A DNA stretch of 64,000 nt from Bdellovibrionales bacterium (GCA_965203275.1 OZ241865.1:1088001-1152000), one strand, 5' to 3'; positions 18,292 to 30,024 are shown, numbered from the stretch's first letter. Made by a program: numbers and translations. The notes: generated by a model not told the origin, from the sequence alone.

Positions 18292-20562
18292 TTATCTATG
18301 TTGGCTAGTGATTTCATAAGATACAACAATATTTAAAGTAGCAAAAGTGCGAATATCAAAAGGATCATGATCTGCAAAAACGCTTTCATTGAGTTTTAAT
18401 TGAACGGCCTGATCATCAGATGAAATTTCCATCTCAAAGTCTTCTTGAGAAGCTAACTTTCCATTTAGCTCCACCTGAGCTGAAGTGATCAAAACTTCTT
18501 GTGTAGAAGGTTTATGATGTTGAGGATCACTTTGCAAAACCAATGGATGTCTCTGCACATTGTCTATTAAACGTCCTACTTCATATTCTATATAAATTTC
18601 AGAACCTCGATGGGGAGGTTGGTTAAAAACAATATAATTATCTTCTATAAAAAAATTATCCTCTAATTGACCATCAACAGTCACAAGATGAACTTGTATA
18701 GGTTGATTGCTTTCTAATAACCAATGTGATTGAAGCTCTGGCTTGCCACTAGACATATTTGAATCAATATCTTGCACCTCAATTTGTATATTTTTAAAAT
18801 AAGAGGTCAAAGAAATCTCTCTTTCATTTAAGTTTAGGAAAGGATTTAATGGAGATGACTCTTCTACAATATATTCTAACCTATAAAAAACATCGATTTG
18901 TTCTTTCACTTGATCAGTGATCTCTAAGATATTTGAACTGTTTAATGCTTTCAGATCAAACCATTGACCTGATGAAGCTTCTACAAGAGATGGATATTCA
19001 AAATAATTTTTAGAAAATCCATCATAATCATAAGTCAGAGCAAAAACTTGAATATTATTCTTTTCAAGTGCGTTTAGAACAGTAGGATAGTCTGGAGCTG
19101 TCAGAGCCTCTATCCCTCGATCAAATGGCTTAACCCAAAATAAAGCATCTGTGATTAAAATAACCATACGTTGACTATTAGGTTGCCAAGGAGCTTGCGT
19201 TGCGGTCAGTAGTCCTCCTAATGCATTTTCTTTATAACTGCCCCCTCCTCCTAAGTTTAAACCAGAAAGATCATCTAAAAAGCTTATAAAATTTTCATTC
19301 TCTGGTGTTAAAGGATGATCTTCAATAAATTTATTACATACTTTTTCGACTCTATCTCTAAAGGTGACAAGACAAAACTTTGCATCAATAGCATTTTCTT
19401 GCAGTATATCTACAAAATAAGCCATGTTTTCTTTAATTAAATGCATGTACCTTCGCATAGACCCCTGTGTATCAATAGCAAGTACCACTTCTAATGAAAG
19501 ATTTTTTTTCTCTGTATAAGACGACAAAGTATAATTTTGAATCTCTATTTGATTTTCTGTCACAGTTATATCTTCGTTTTGCAAATCTTTTATATTAAAA
19601 CCTCTCTCATTATATGCTTTAAACAAGACAGCTGTTGTATTTTGTATAGGCTGTTTAAATAAATGTTGACTCCATGTATAAGGAAACTGATCACGAAACT
19701 CATGTTGAGATTGCATTTGTATCAAAGGTGGGGGAGGTGGAGGTGGAGGCGGAGGCGGATGCAAAATAACTGGAGGTGGTATATCGGGTAAAGAAGGTGA
19801 AAGTATTCTAGGAGCTTGAGTTATATATTGAATGTTTTGACTTGCAGATAAAGGAGGCGGAGGTGGGATATTTTGACGACCTCCTATAATATTGGGAATA
19901 ACATCAGATGAAGGAATTAAAGAAAATAACAAAGGAGGGGGAGGTGGAGGCGGAACAACGGGAGGTGGTATATCAGGTAAAGAAGGTGAAAGTATTCTAG
20001 GAGCTTGAGTTATATATTGAACGTTTTGACTTGCAAATAAAGGAGGCGGAGGTGGGATATTTTGACGACCTCCTACAATATTGGGAATAACATCAGATGA
20101 GGGGATTGCAGAAAATAACAAAGGAGAGGGAGGTGGAGGTGGAGTCAGAACAACGGGAGGTGGTATATCGGGTAAAGAAGGTGAAAGTATTCTAGGAGCT
20201 TGAGTTATATATTGAATGTTTTGACTTGCAGATAAAGGAGGCGGAGGTGGGATATTTTGACGACCTCCTATAATATTGGGAATAACCTCTGATGAAGGAA
20301 TTAAAGAAAATAACAAAGGAGGTGGATGGATAGTGTGTTCTCCTCTAACTATATTATTTAATATTTGAGATGATTTTATGTTAAAAGGTTCTAAAGTGAT
20401 TGGATGTGGCTTCATCTCTTGAGATATAACAGGATAAGGTTGAGGTGGTGACATAGGTCGTGGTATCATTTCACTTTTTAAAGAAAAAGACACATTCTTG
20501 CCACATCCACAGCATAAGAAAAGAATACATAATAAAATGAGATTTTGCTTTTGTATATCCAT
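18292..20562 (-). CDS. vWA-domain lipoprotein with three ~62-aa proline-rich repeats
   Basis: LCCGC lipobox-like; VVLAIDTQGSM, ENALGGL, VILITDA vWA motifs; repeats at ~19730-20330. Confidence 0.75.
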   Translation of the reverse strand: MDIQKQNLILLCILFLCCGCGKNVSFSLKSEMIPRPMSPPQPYPVISQEMKPHPITLEPFNIKSSQILNNIVRGEHTIHPPPLLFSLIPSSEVIPNIIGGRQNIPPPPPLSASQNIQYITQAPRILSPSLPDIPPPVVLTPPPPPSPLLFSAIPSSDVIPNIVGGRQNIPPPPPLFASQNVQYITQAPRILSPSLPDIPPPVVPPPPPPPLLFSLIPSSDVIPNIIGGRQNIPPPPPLSASQNIQYITQAPRILSPSLPDIPPPVILHPPPPPPPPPPPLIQMQSQHEFRDQFPYTWSQHLFKQPIQNTTAVLFKAYNERGFNIKDLQNEDITVTENQIEIQNYTLSSYTEKKNLSLEVVLAIDTQGSMRRYMHLIKENMAYFVDILQENAIDAKFCLVTFRDRVEKVCNKFIEDHPLTPENENFISFLDDLSGLNLGGGGSYKENALGGLLTATQAPWQPNSQRMVILITDALFWVKPFDRGIEALTAPDYPTVLNALEKNNIQVFALTYDYDGFSKNYFEYPSLVEASSGQWFDLKALNSSNILEITDQVKEQIDVFYRLEYIVEESSPLNPFLNLNEREISLTSYFKNIQIEVQDIDSNMSSGKPELQSHWLLESNQPIQVHLVTVDGQLEDNFFIEDNYIVFNQPPHRGSEIYIEYEVGRLIDNVQRHPLVLQSDPQHHKPSTQEVLITSAQVELNGKLASQEDFEMEISSDDQAVQLKLNESVFADHDPFDIRTFATLNIVVSYEITSQHR

Positions 20563-20643
20563 AATAGCCTAGTATGTTCTTGTGTTCTTTATTACATTAT
20601 TAATAAAAAGAACCTTAAAAGCTATTCTACAAAAGTCTCAATT

Positions 20644-21152
20644 TTCACTAAAAGTAAACTGACCTCTGGTCACTTTTGGGCATTGGCTCACTAAAAGTGG
20701 TCTAGCCTCTGTTTCACTCAAAATGAGCCACATCTCTGGTGTGTTTTTGGGCATTGCTCTGACAGCTTACGCTGTCTAAAAAGAGCAATGTCTCAAAAGT
20801 CCGTTTACTTTTAGTAGGAAGGATCTCATCGTCTCTTAACCACATGTTAAGGGTTTGTTTCACTCAAAATGCATCATGCCTCTGTTTCCCTAAAATTGAA
20901 CTAGCCTCTGGCTACTTTTGGGCAGTTAGCCCGACGACTGTCGTCGTCGATCAAAGGCTAACTCCCTCAAAAGCTTGTTCAATTTTAGGAAGAAGGATCT
21001 CCTCGTCTCTTGACCACATGTTAAGGAAAATATCCTTTTAATACCAGTTAGCCCAACGGCTTATCGCCGTTGATCAAAGGCTAACTGCCTAGAAAATCCA
21101 TTTATTTTGAGTAGGGAAGGATCTTCTCGTCTCTTAACCACATGTTAAGGAA
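20644..21152 (-). repeat. Family A repeat cluster (two full and several truncated copies)
   Basis: TTCACT/TTCCCT ends at ~20644, 20688, 20713, 20859 and 20886; ATGTTAAGG at ~20844, 21018 and 21142. Confidence 0.9.
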
Positions 21153-21159
21153 AAAGTTC

Positions 21160-21385
21160 TTTTTTTTTGTTTTTTTATTTTTTTAGATTCTGCGTAAAAC
21201 CTCAAACAAAAAGTAATTAGGTGGAGGATGGGGCAGTGGGAGACTGAAGATCTTCCGCAAATTGAGCTTGCTCTTTAAAAGCAAGCTCAATTGAGGACTT
21301 CGGAAGGCTCTCACTGCCCTATCCTCAAATAAAAATAAAATGGAAAAGCAGAATCGAAGGGCGGTGGGTGGGGTTAGGGATAATC
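21160..21385. repeat. Family B nested-hairpin dispersed repeat, copy 2 (inverted relative to copy 1)
   Basis: Reverse-complement match to 5572-5800. Confidence 0.85.
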
Positions 21386-21528
21386 CTTTTGTTGCCGGGG
21401 TCCCGGAGGGAGAATATCCGTATTTCACTATCAATGTGTATTATATTGATACAGAATCTTAGAAAAATTATATATTTTTTACTTTTTTCATTAAATTGTC
21501 GATAAGTCGTTTATAATGACTTTAAGGA

Positions 21529-21672
21529 GTTGGTTCACTAAAAGTAAACTAGCCTCTGGCTACTTTTGGACATTGCTCTGACAGCTATCGCTGTCCAAAA
21601 AGAGCAATGTCTCAAAAGTCCGTTTACTTTTAGTAGAAAGGATATCCTCATTTTTTAACACGATGTTAAGGA
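21529..21672 (-). repeat. Family A full copy
   Basis: GGTTCACTAAAAGTAAACTAGCCTCTGGCTA...GACATTGCTC..GAGCAATGTC..GTTTACTTTTAGT..ATGTTAAGG. Confidence 0.9.
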
Positions 21673-21677
21673 AAAAA

Positions 21678-24600
21678 ATGTATATATACAAAAAAATTAT
21701 TTATTTAGTTTGGTTTTATTTTTCATTTGTACAAATATTTGCACAAACACTTCTGCAAAAAAATTGCATAACGCAATTAGCCTACCCCCCCCCCCCCCCC
21801 CTTAAGTCCAGGTTTTGATTATCTTAAAAAAAATCATTTTAAAAAGTGCAACCAGCCACAGCCAGAGTCACAGCTAGGGATGGGCTTAGTAGAGATGTTG
21901 ATTGTGATGACCATGCTTGCCTTAATCAGTGTAGGTACAGCATATTACTTCACACAGAGCCAAACAGTGATGCGTTCATCTGCACAAGATTCAGATTGTC
22001 AAAGCATTGCTCAGTCAGCTTTAGATAGAGTTGTGTCGTTGGGAACTCGTCTTTACGGATATAGAGTAGGTCATACTGACTCTGATCTTAGATATAACCC
22101 TCTTTTTATCAAAAAAGGAACTCAAATAACAGGTAGTACTCCAGCGGCTTATCGGATTACAGATACAAGCTCTGGTAATAATTTAAGCCTTACAGATAAA
22201 TATAAGAATTTATACGAAGAATTAACAAATAACACCCCTCCTGCCCTGCTTGTGAATACAGGAGTTCCTTTAGTAAATCTTTCTGGTAGTGGCTTTATTA
22301 ATATAGGTACATCTGTGTTACTAGTTAATTCTGTAAATTTTTTGCAGTATATGTATAATTCTGACCCTGAATTTTTTAATGGTAATAGTGGCAAAGGTAA
22401 AGACTTTACTATTACAAGTAGTACCTCAACAAGTAATAATAAAGTGATAGCTTCTTTATGGAAGGACTATCTTAAAAAGTACAATCTTCAAAATGTGAAA
22501 TTCTACATCAGGATTAACCCTGTTGATCTGAAAAATCAAAAGGTGATAGAGAGTTATTCAGGTATTAAATGTTACTATACAAGATATAAGGGTTCAAAGT
22601 TTGTCTCAACAGAGATTCCTTGTCCGCGTCCATCTAGTCACCCATCACATAAATTAGTGTTGACTCATCCTAGGCTTTCTGTTGGGACTTCAACTTTAAG
22701 TAGTTCATCAAATTTACGCACCATAGGTAATCCTGATTTAGGATTTCAGGTGACAGTTAAGTTAAGTTATGAAAAGAATAATCAGGATTATTCTTGTAAG
22801 AGCATGCAACGATTTGCTCACCAAACTCGTTTATTGATGGAACAGACAACTCCAATTAATGTTTCAGTGACTTCCCTTAAGAATGGCCATAACAAAAACT
22901 TACTACCTAATGGTGGTCGTAAGCAGACTTCATGTGACACAGATGGTTCAAATTATAGAAACATCACCATGGAGTTAAATTTTGATAATACAGCCGGCAG
23001 AACAACTAAGGAGTTTGGAACATTATTTTTATGTCGTGGAGTACGTTGGAGGTATCCTGATAGAGATTGTAATACAAATAAAATAGAAAAAATATATGGA
23101 CCTTGGCGGAGATGCCATCAAGTGAAATTTCCAGATCAAAGAGGTAATACAGAGTCTGTTTTGTTAAATAGCAGTGGCCATAATATAAAGCTACGATTAA
23201 AATTTAATAACTTAAAGGAAGATAGAAGCTATGCTTTAGAGATTGCAGAAGTATCGCAATTAGGTATTTCTAAACCACCTTATCAGCGTATAACAAACAG
23301 TCGCTTTTATATAGATGCTACAAGACCTACATTAATTGCAAGTATAAATGACAGCGACGTAGGTTCACCAGACGATTTTGTAACGGCTCTTATTGATGCA
23401 AATTGGATAGATCATTTACCTAAGGTTCGATTTAAACATGGTAAGAATCATAAAAAAGGACCTGGTTTGCAGTGCAATTCAAATCCTGTCAGCTTTCATG
23501 GTTGCATCATCGATAAGTTTACTCATAATTTAGGAGACTGCACCGCAACAGGCCGTCGGAGAGATGGTAATGGCACCCAATCTATACCTGCTAGTTCGAT
23601 CAGTATAAGCACAAACTCACTTAGTTGTAGTGGCACATTAAGTTCGGTTCAACATGGTCGACAAAAATTGATGATCACTCCTAGTGATATTTGTGGCAGT
23701 GGTTCTAGTGATCAACTTGAATGGGATACAGACCTTCCAAGTACATTTGTAGCCAGACCTTTTTCTACAAACCCTTATTGGCTTCAAAATAAAAAGAAGA
23801 CAAAATATATAATTCAAACACTTGTACCAGCTTCAGGGGCGGGTACATTCCCGAAGCATTATGCAGTGACATGTTATGGAAAGGAATATTCAACCGCTAC
23901 AAGAACAGCTAGCAATGGAGGGAGCATTTCCTGTGAATTTAATGGCAGTAGAAATAGTGGATCTGGCGATCATGATGGGTGCAATTCTGCAAATTTCGGT
24001 GTGAAGTATCATCATATTTGTGGTGATTCTTCTAGTACGCAAGCAACACAATGGGGGGTGTGGGTGGCACATCCAGATCACGGTGGTGGAAGTTGTGAAA
24101 ATGTACCTTGTGAACCTAGATCTGATAGATATTCTAAAGATTTGATATGTTGCGATGGCTTTCGTAATGAGTGTGGTAATGCAGGGAGTACACCACATCG
24201 ATGTGCTAAGGATAATCATCCTCGTAGGAACGACTGTGGTAACCCTACAGGAGGAGGTAATAGTGAACAAGATACAACTTCTGATTGTCCACCATTGGGT
24301 CTCTATGACTGTAATTATACTTTGCCCTGTGAAGGAGATGCAGGAGAGCTGAAAAATAGAAGAGATAATGGTGATGCTTGTAAGAATAAGAGGCCGAGGC
24401 TTCGTAGAGGCGATAGATGTACTTTTAATAGACCTGGTCAGTGTAAAAATCGTTTTACAGACCAGGGATATAATGGATACTCTGAAATTGAAATTGAGAG
24501 TACACCCGGTGAATGTCACCTTAATGATAATTCAAAAGTATCGTGTACTGTTGAGGCACTGTGTAAGAAGAAATATAAATATGAAAATAGAAGTAACGCA

Positions 24601-25818
24601 CGTAAATGCAATGTGGTTAATGGGTCTGTCCCACCTGTAAAAGCAGATTGTAATATTCCTCATGACATAAATAGCGATTATGATATAGACGGTGAATGGA
24701 GTAGTGGAGAACTTGATGGTGATGGAAAGGGGAAGTGTGCTACTCCTCCAAATCAACCATGTGATTTGAAAGTTACAGAAGTAACAAATACAAATGACTG
24801 TAGAGCCAAGAATACGTCCTGTCCTTTGACATTCATAGGGACTTGTCAAGAACCGCAAGGCGATTGCGATCCAAAAGGTCGTGGTGGTGGTGGTTCAGGA
24901 GAGTCATGTACCGTACGACCACCGACAACTGGACCTCCTCCTACTACTATAACACGACGTTCCCCCGATCAATCATTTGGAGCATGTGCAAGAGGGACAT
25001 GCACCCCTCCCTTTTGTGCAGAAAACTGTGCATCAGTAGGCAGATGTCATGTCAAAGATGTAAATGGTACATGTCGTCCTTCTTGTGGACATGCAGCTCG
25101 ATTGATATTTAATAAAAGTGGCTTTGGACCTGATAGAAAACGTAATACTTCTGATGATCTGCATGTCTATCGTCGGTCAGCTACATCTTGTAGTGGAGTT
25201 TCTGTCACTTATTCTGATGGTGTTACAGTCAATAATTGGGTACAAAAGGCTTTTCATCAGGGTGTCACCCCATACGAAGTTGTACAGGGTGGTGGTGTTT
25301 GCTGTATGCGAGGATCTACCCCACCATCTACCCCTCCTACACCTGTATCCACACCTTCGGCATGTGAATTCGGAGATTTTGCTACTTGTAAAGCTGGAAT
25401 CCCAGTAGGAGCAAGAGCAGGAACAACGTGTCGTCCGCTAAGCGATGGATGCTATGACAGAATCTGCAAAGATGGATATAAAGAAGACGCCAACGGCAAC
25501 TGCATTCGGGATCCTATACCCCCTACCTGTTCTGGCAATCAATATGCCACTAAAGAGCTTTGCGAAAACGTCCGTGCAAACGACTTTTGTGTTCAAAATA
25601 GCAATAGTTGCTGGGTCCAAGGCCCTCCTATCCCCGGACAATGTGATTATAACTATGGTACCTGTGGTGCTTGTTTCATTGGAGAAGAAAAAAGGGAGGA
25701 CTATCCAGCATGTATAGAGTCAGGTGAAAGCACGTTTAGCTGTTTCTGGCAATGTGATGGAGAGAATGGAGGATCAGCTACTTCATGTGAGATAAGTCAG
25801 TTAACCTCATGCGACTAA
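21678..25818 (+). CDS. Giant Cys-rich protein with type IV prepilin-like N-terminus; frameshifted at poly-C (main ORF 21880..25818)
   Basis: In-frame SQLG|MGLVEMLIVMTMLALISVG fits a prepilin G|xxxxE motif; upstream ATG 21678 would be in frame with C16 or C19. Confidence 0.7.
21785..21801 (+). repeat. Poly-C17 homopolymer (candidate phase-variation tract)
   Basis: 17 consecutive C in an AT-rich genome, in the 5' region of the pilin-like gene. Confidence 0.8.
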
Positions 25819-25897
25819 TGCACTTTGAACCCCCATAGTTTTAATTCTCATCTGCAAAGACTTAACAAAACTTTAACTTTGATACACTCAACATATT

Positions 25898-26410
25898 TTA
25901 TTTTTTATTTTCTTGAAGAGTTAGCTTTTTTATATCATATAAAACCTTAGTGCCTTGTTTTTTTGGCTCTGCTATAATAATTTCCCCTTGGCGAATATCG
26001 GCAAGGTGTCCCTTATTAAGCCCTATGCGATCATTTTTTTTAATAATATGAGATTTATTATTAGGATCCATAACCAATGCTCTTGGTTCTTTTGTATCCC
26101 ATATAATACCAATAAGCTTAAATTTATTTATATCAAATTGTTCTAAGGGAAGATAGGGTCCAAGGGTGGTTTGATTGATTTCTTTATGAATACGAAGAGG
26201 GATAAAGGGATCACGCAAACCTGTTGGATCATATTTATAAGATTGAATGATTTCTTCTTGTACTTTTTTTGCTTTTTTATCTTCTCCTTCATTCACAGGA
26301 GAACCCTCAGGTGAGGGTTCTGTTTGTGCTTGCAAAGGTGTTACTTTAAAGCCATTGTAAATATCGTTACATAATAAAAAAAATAAAAACACAATCAATA
26401 TATATCTCAT
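25898..26410 (-). CDS. pilP: Type IV pilus assembly protein PilP
   Basis: YDPTGLRDPF, PLEQFDINKFKLIGIIW..RALVMDP; operon position. Confidence 0.85.
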   Translation of the reverse strand: MRYILIVFLFFLLCNDIYNGFKVTPLQAQTEPSPEGSPVNEGEDKKAKKVQEEIIQSYKYDPTGLRDPFIPLRIHKEINQTTLGPYLPLEQFDINKFKLIGIIWDTKEPRALVMDPNNKSHIIKKNDRIGLNKGHLADIRQGEIIIAEPKKQGTKVLYDIKKLTLQENKK

Positions 26411-27087
26411 TGTTCCTCCTGAGGTGAGCTTGTTGTAGGTGCCTTATTGTTGTTGTTTGCTTCTGCCTTTTTCATCATTTCTTGTTTTTCATTTTCCATA
26501 ACCTGAGCATATAAAGTAATATTTCCATCTAAAGTAAGATTGGCTTTTTGTTCAGCTGTTTCATTAGGGTTGTGAATGCGGATTCTATCTATAGAAATCA
26601 ACTGTTGCACCTCTGTAAGGTGTGACATAAATAAAAGAAGCTGTGTATAACTTCCTTCAATTTTAATAGTTAAAGGTACAAGTTTATAAGTATCTACAAG
26701 CTCACCTAATAGATCAGTAGCAAATGTTTCTTCTTGTGATTCATGTCCATTGACTTTAACCCCTATGGCTTGAATGGAAGGCTCATTGATAAGTTTATCA
26801 AAGAATGTAGTCGAATTGTCTATGTAGTTCATATATTCAAAAAAAATATCGGCAGTTTTTTTGGTTGTTTCATATTCGTTTTTAAAATCAGAAAATCTCT
26901 CTATCAAAGTTTTAATATCCTCATATTCTTTTTGTTTTTCCTCAATATTGACTTTTGTTAAACTAATATTTTGTGTGACTGTATCTAAATAAGTGTCATT
27001 TTGTATAATGAAAATCCAATAAAGACCTAATACAAGCAAAGAAATCAAAAAAATATGAAACAAAGATAATTGGTTTAGTTTTTTCAT
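26407..27087 (-). CDS. pilO: Type IV pilus assembly protein PilO
   Basis: TM plus coiled coil plus VPLTIKIEGSYTQLLLFM; operon position. Confidence 0.75.
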   Translation of the reverse strand: MKKLNQLSLFHIFLISLLVLGLYWIFIIQNDTYLDTVTQNISLTKVNIEEKQKEYEDIKTLIERFSDFKNEYETTKKTADIFFEYMNYIDNSTTFFDKLINEPSIQAIGVKVNGHESQEETFATDLLGELVDTYKLVPLTIKIEGSYTQLLLFMSHLTEVQQLISIDRIRIHNPNETAEQKANLTLDGNITLYAQVMENEKQEMMKKAEANNNNKAPTTSSPQEEQ

Positions 27088-28073
27088 TGTGGCAATTCCT
27101 GATTTTTGTTTTCTGAGATATTCTCTTCTGGTTTTGAGTTGTTTGGCTCTGATGTGGTTTTTGTTTCACCAATTGGGACTTCTTCTATCTCCTCTGTTTG
27201 ATTGGCTGACACAGCTTTGTTCTGGTTATTTGGAGTAGATGTATCTTGAGCTGTAGGAGGTTCGGCCTCATTTTGACTAGGCTGATCGGGCTGGCCAGGT
27301 TGATCGGGCTGACTAGGTTGAACAGGTTGATTGGGCTGATCGGGCTGGCCAGGTTGATCGGGCTGACTAGGTTGAAATGGAGATTTATTGATAGAAGTTG
27401 GTGTCATATTGGATTTTATTTCACCTGCTACAACTTGATCTGTAGGCATTGTGATTTCTGAATCAGTGGTAGGTTGCAGTACTGAAGTTATTTGAAACTT
27501 TCTATATGGATCAGAATAACTTGATTGACTGCTTAAATCTAAAACTTGAATATCTTTAAAGTATCGAGATTGTTTTTTTAAATTACTTTCAAATATATTA
27601 ATTTCATTAGGTATAGATTCACCAGTAAAAGTCACCTCTCCATTTTTGCTGTCAATAGAAACCTCTGTCAACCAAGCATTATCCGGCACAACAAAATGCA
27701 AAGTATTTAAAGCTTCCAATGTTTTTATACGTTGACTTGTCACTTGAGAGAGGCTAGCAATTAAGTTATCAAGTTTAAGCTTCTCTTTTTTTAAGTTATT
27801 GATTTCATCTCGGCTTTGCTTTTGTGTTTCTAGTTTATTCATAACTTCTTGTTCTTGAGATTTTAGTTCATTGAGTATGGCTTCTTGGGATTGTTTCTCT
27901 ATAACTGTCCATCCAAAGATAGCTAAAGAAGGCATTAAAATAAAGCTCATTTTTAATATAATTTTTGTAAGTTCTTTTATATCTACAGGTGAAGATACTT
28001 CTTGAATACCTTGAAATGACTGAATATCTGTATCAGCAGTTTTAATATCATTAAGTAAATTTACAAATATCAT
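27084..28073 (-). CDS. pilN: PilN-domain protein with Pro/Gln-repeat C-terminal extension
   Basis: MIFVNLL start, VPDNAWLTEV motif; QPSQPDQPG repeats at ~27275-27375. Confidence 0.8.
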   Translation of the reverse strand: MIFVNLLNDIKTADTDIQSFQGIQEVSSPVDIKELTKIILKMSFILMPSLAIFGWTVIEKQSQEAILNELKSQEQEVMNKLETQKQSRDEINNLKKEKLKLDNLIASLSQVTSQRIKTLEALNTLHFVVPDNAWLTEVSIDSKNGEVTFTGESIPNEINIFESNLKKQSRYFKDIQVLDLSSQSSYSDPYRKFQITSVLQPTTDSEITMPTDQVVAGEIKSNMTPTSINKSPFQPSQPDQPGQPDQPNQPVQPSQPDQPGQPDQPSQNEAEPPTAQDTSTPNNQNKAVSANQTEEIEEVPIGETKTTSEPNNSKPEENISENKNQELPQ

Positions 28074-29143
28074 TTGTCATCACCTACATATCTCATAGCT
28101 AATCCCATAGCCACAGAAGCATAAGGTGTAATTTGTGCAATGTACTCTGGACTGAAATTCCTTTGATCGTAAGAAACTAAAGAAAAAGGATTGATCACTT
28201 GAACTTCTAGTTGAAGTGCTTCCTGTAAAAATGGAATAAGATTTTTTGTAAGAGATGCTCCCCCTGTGATGAAGAGCTTTTGTATTTTTGTCTTATCAGA
28301 TCGAGCATGATAGAAGTCAAAGTTCTTTTTAATCTCTTCTGTAATGGCTTTATGAGTATTTTGAATAATACGATATGCATCAGGAGGAACAGCGTGATCA
28401 TTGGATGTGCTGATTTTAAGGCTTTCTGCTTCATCTTCTGATACTTGCATAGAATTAATTAAATTTTTATTGTAAAGGTCACCACCAAAAAACAAATCTT
28501 TAGCAAAGGTAATTTCTTTATTCTCTAAAACAACAAAATTAGTAATGGCAGACCCTAAATTAAGCAAAACCATTGTATCTCCTTCAATTTGAGGGTAGTT
28601 ATTTGTAAAACAATTCGAAAGGGCAAAACTAGCAATATCCACAATAGAACAGTTCATATCTAAATGATTGATGAGTTCTATAAATTTAAAAATGATGTCT
28701 TTTTGAGCTGATATGATAAGGGCTTTGGTCATATCCGGATGATCCTGGTTTTTTAAAATATGGTATTGGAGGTGAGCATTGTCTAAATTATGAGGGATGT
28801 ATTGTTCTGCTTCACCGCTGATGACTGTCGCTATGTGCTTTACATCTGTTACATGAGGCAATGCAATTTGTTTTACAATAATGTCTTCACCACAAAGACT
28901 GATAGAAACATTTTTGGTTTTTGTTTTCATTTGTTGTATTAAGTCAGAGATCACAGGAACAAGTGGTTGAATATTCATTAAACGGCCATGCTCAACAACT
29001 CCTTGGGGTGTTGCAGCATAATGAAAAGATATAAGCTTAAACTTATTTTTTGATGGTTTAAGTTCCATAGCTTTGATATAACTGGTTCCTATATCCAATC
29101 CTATGAGCTGTTGAGAAGAAAAAAGTGAATCTAAAAACGACAT
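28070..29143 (-). CDS. pilM: Type IV pilus assembly protein PilM
   Basis: IGLDIGTSYIK, ITGGAS, VAMGLAMR actin-like fold motifs. Confidence 0.95.
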   Translation of the reverse strand: MSFLDSLFSSQQLIGLDIGTSYIKAMELKPSKNKFKLISFHYAATPQGVVEHGRLMNIQPLVPVISDLIQQMKTKTKNVSISLCGEDIIVKQIALPHVTDVKHIATVISGEAEQYIPHNLDNAHLQYHILKNQDHPDMTKALIISAQKDIIFKFIELINHLDMNCSIVDIASFALSNCFTNNYPQIEGDTMVLLNLGSAITNFVVLENKEITFAKDLFFGGDLYNKNLINSMQVSEDEAESLKISTSNDHAVPPDAYRIIQNTHKAITEEIKKNFDFYHARSDKTKIQKLFITGGASLTKNLIPFLQEALQLEVQVINPFSLVSYDQRNFSPEYIAQITPYASVAMGLAMRYVGDDK

Positions 29144-29580
29144 ATTTTATCCTATTTTTTAGTATCTATTCGAAGGAACTAAGATGAATGACTGGTCTAA
29201 ATACTTATTGACCTAGAACAAAGTTAGGTCATCCCTCTTATTATTACACAATCTTTTAGGTAAAAAGTCAAAAAGACCAAAGTCTGGCATCTTAAAAGGT
29301 GTTCTATTATAAGACAGTTACGGCTTTGGCAGTTTGTGGTCATTATGATAGACATTATATAAGCGGAAGGACAATAAGTTATAAGAATTACTTATAAAAT
29401 TTGAAAATCATACCATCAAAATCAACATTGAAGGTGCATAACTTAATAGCACTTGGAAATAATGTTGATACTGTCTTTTTAAAATAGAGTTATTCAAAAG
29501 CATTATGTTAGAATAAAAATATCTAAGAATAAAATGAAAGCAAGCACTTAGAAAATAAATGAGATCATAATAGGTTCAAT

Positions 29581-30024
29581 ATGACAGCAACAACAATAAA
29601 AGATTCATTTAAATGTTCTGTAAATGATTTTTATAAAATTATTACAGATTATGAAAAATATCCTGAATTTTTATCTGAAATATCTATATGTCGCATTATT
29701 GAGGAAAAAGCTGAGCAAGGGCAAATTAAGAAGCTTGTAGAGTATCATATTCGTTTATTTAAATCTTTTATGTATCGACTTTGGATGATTGAGAACCATC
29801 AAGATTGTAGTTTAAATTGGGAATTTGCACAGGGTTCTATTTTTAAATCCAATCAAGGTTATTGGAAGCTAAAGGGTCAAAAAGACCAATGTGTTGCAAC
29901 TTTTTATATAGATTGTCAATTTAAAATTTTCATTCCTAGCACAGTGAGTAAAAAGTTGATTTCCATTCATCTTCCTAATATGATGAGATCATATCATCAG
30001 AGAGTAGGTGTACTTTATGGATAA
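29581..30024 (+). CDS. SRPBCC/polyketide cyclase-like protein
   Basis: FYKIITDYEKYPEFL..NQGYWKL pattern. Confidence 0.8.
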   Translation: MTATTIKDSFKCSVNDFYKIITDYEKYPEFLSEISICRIIEEKAEQGQIKKLVEYHIRLFKSFMYRLWMIENHQDCSLNWEFAQGSIFKSNQGYWKLKGQKDQCVATFYIDCQFKIFIPSTVSKKLISIHLPNMMRSYHQRVGVLYG

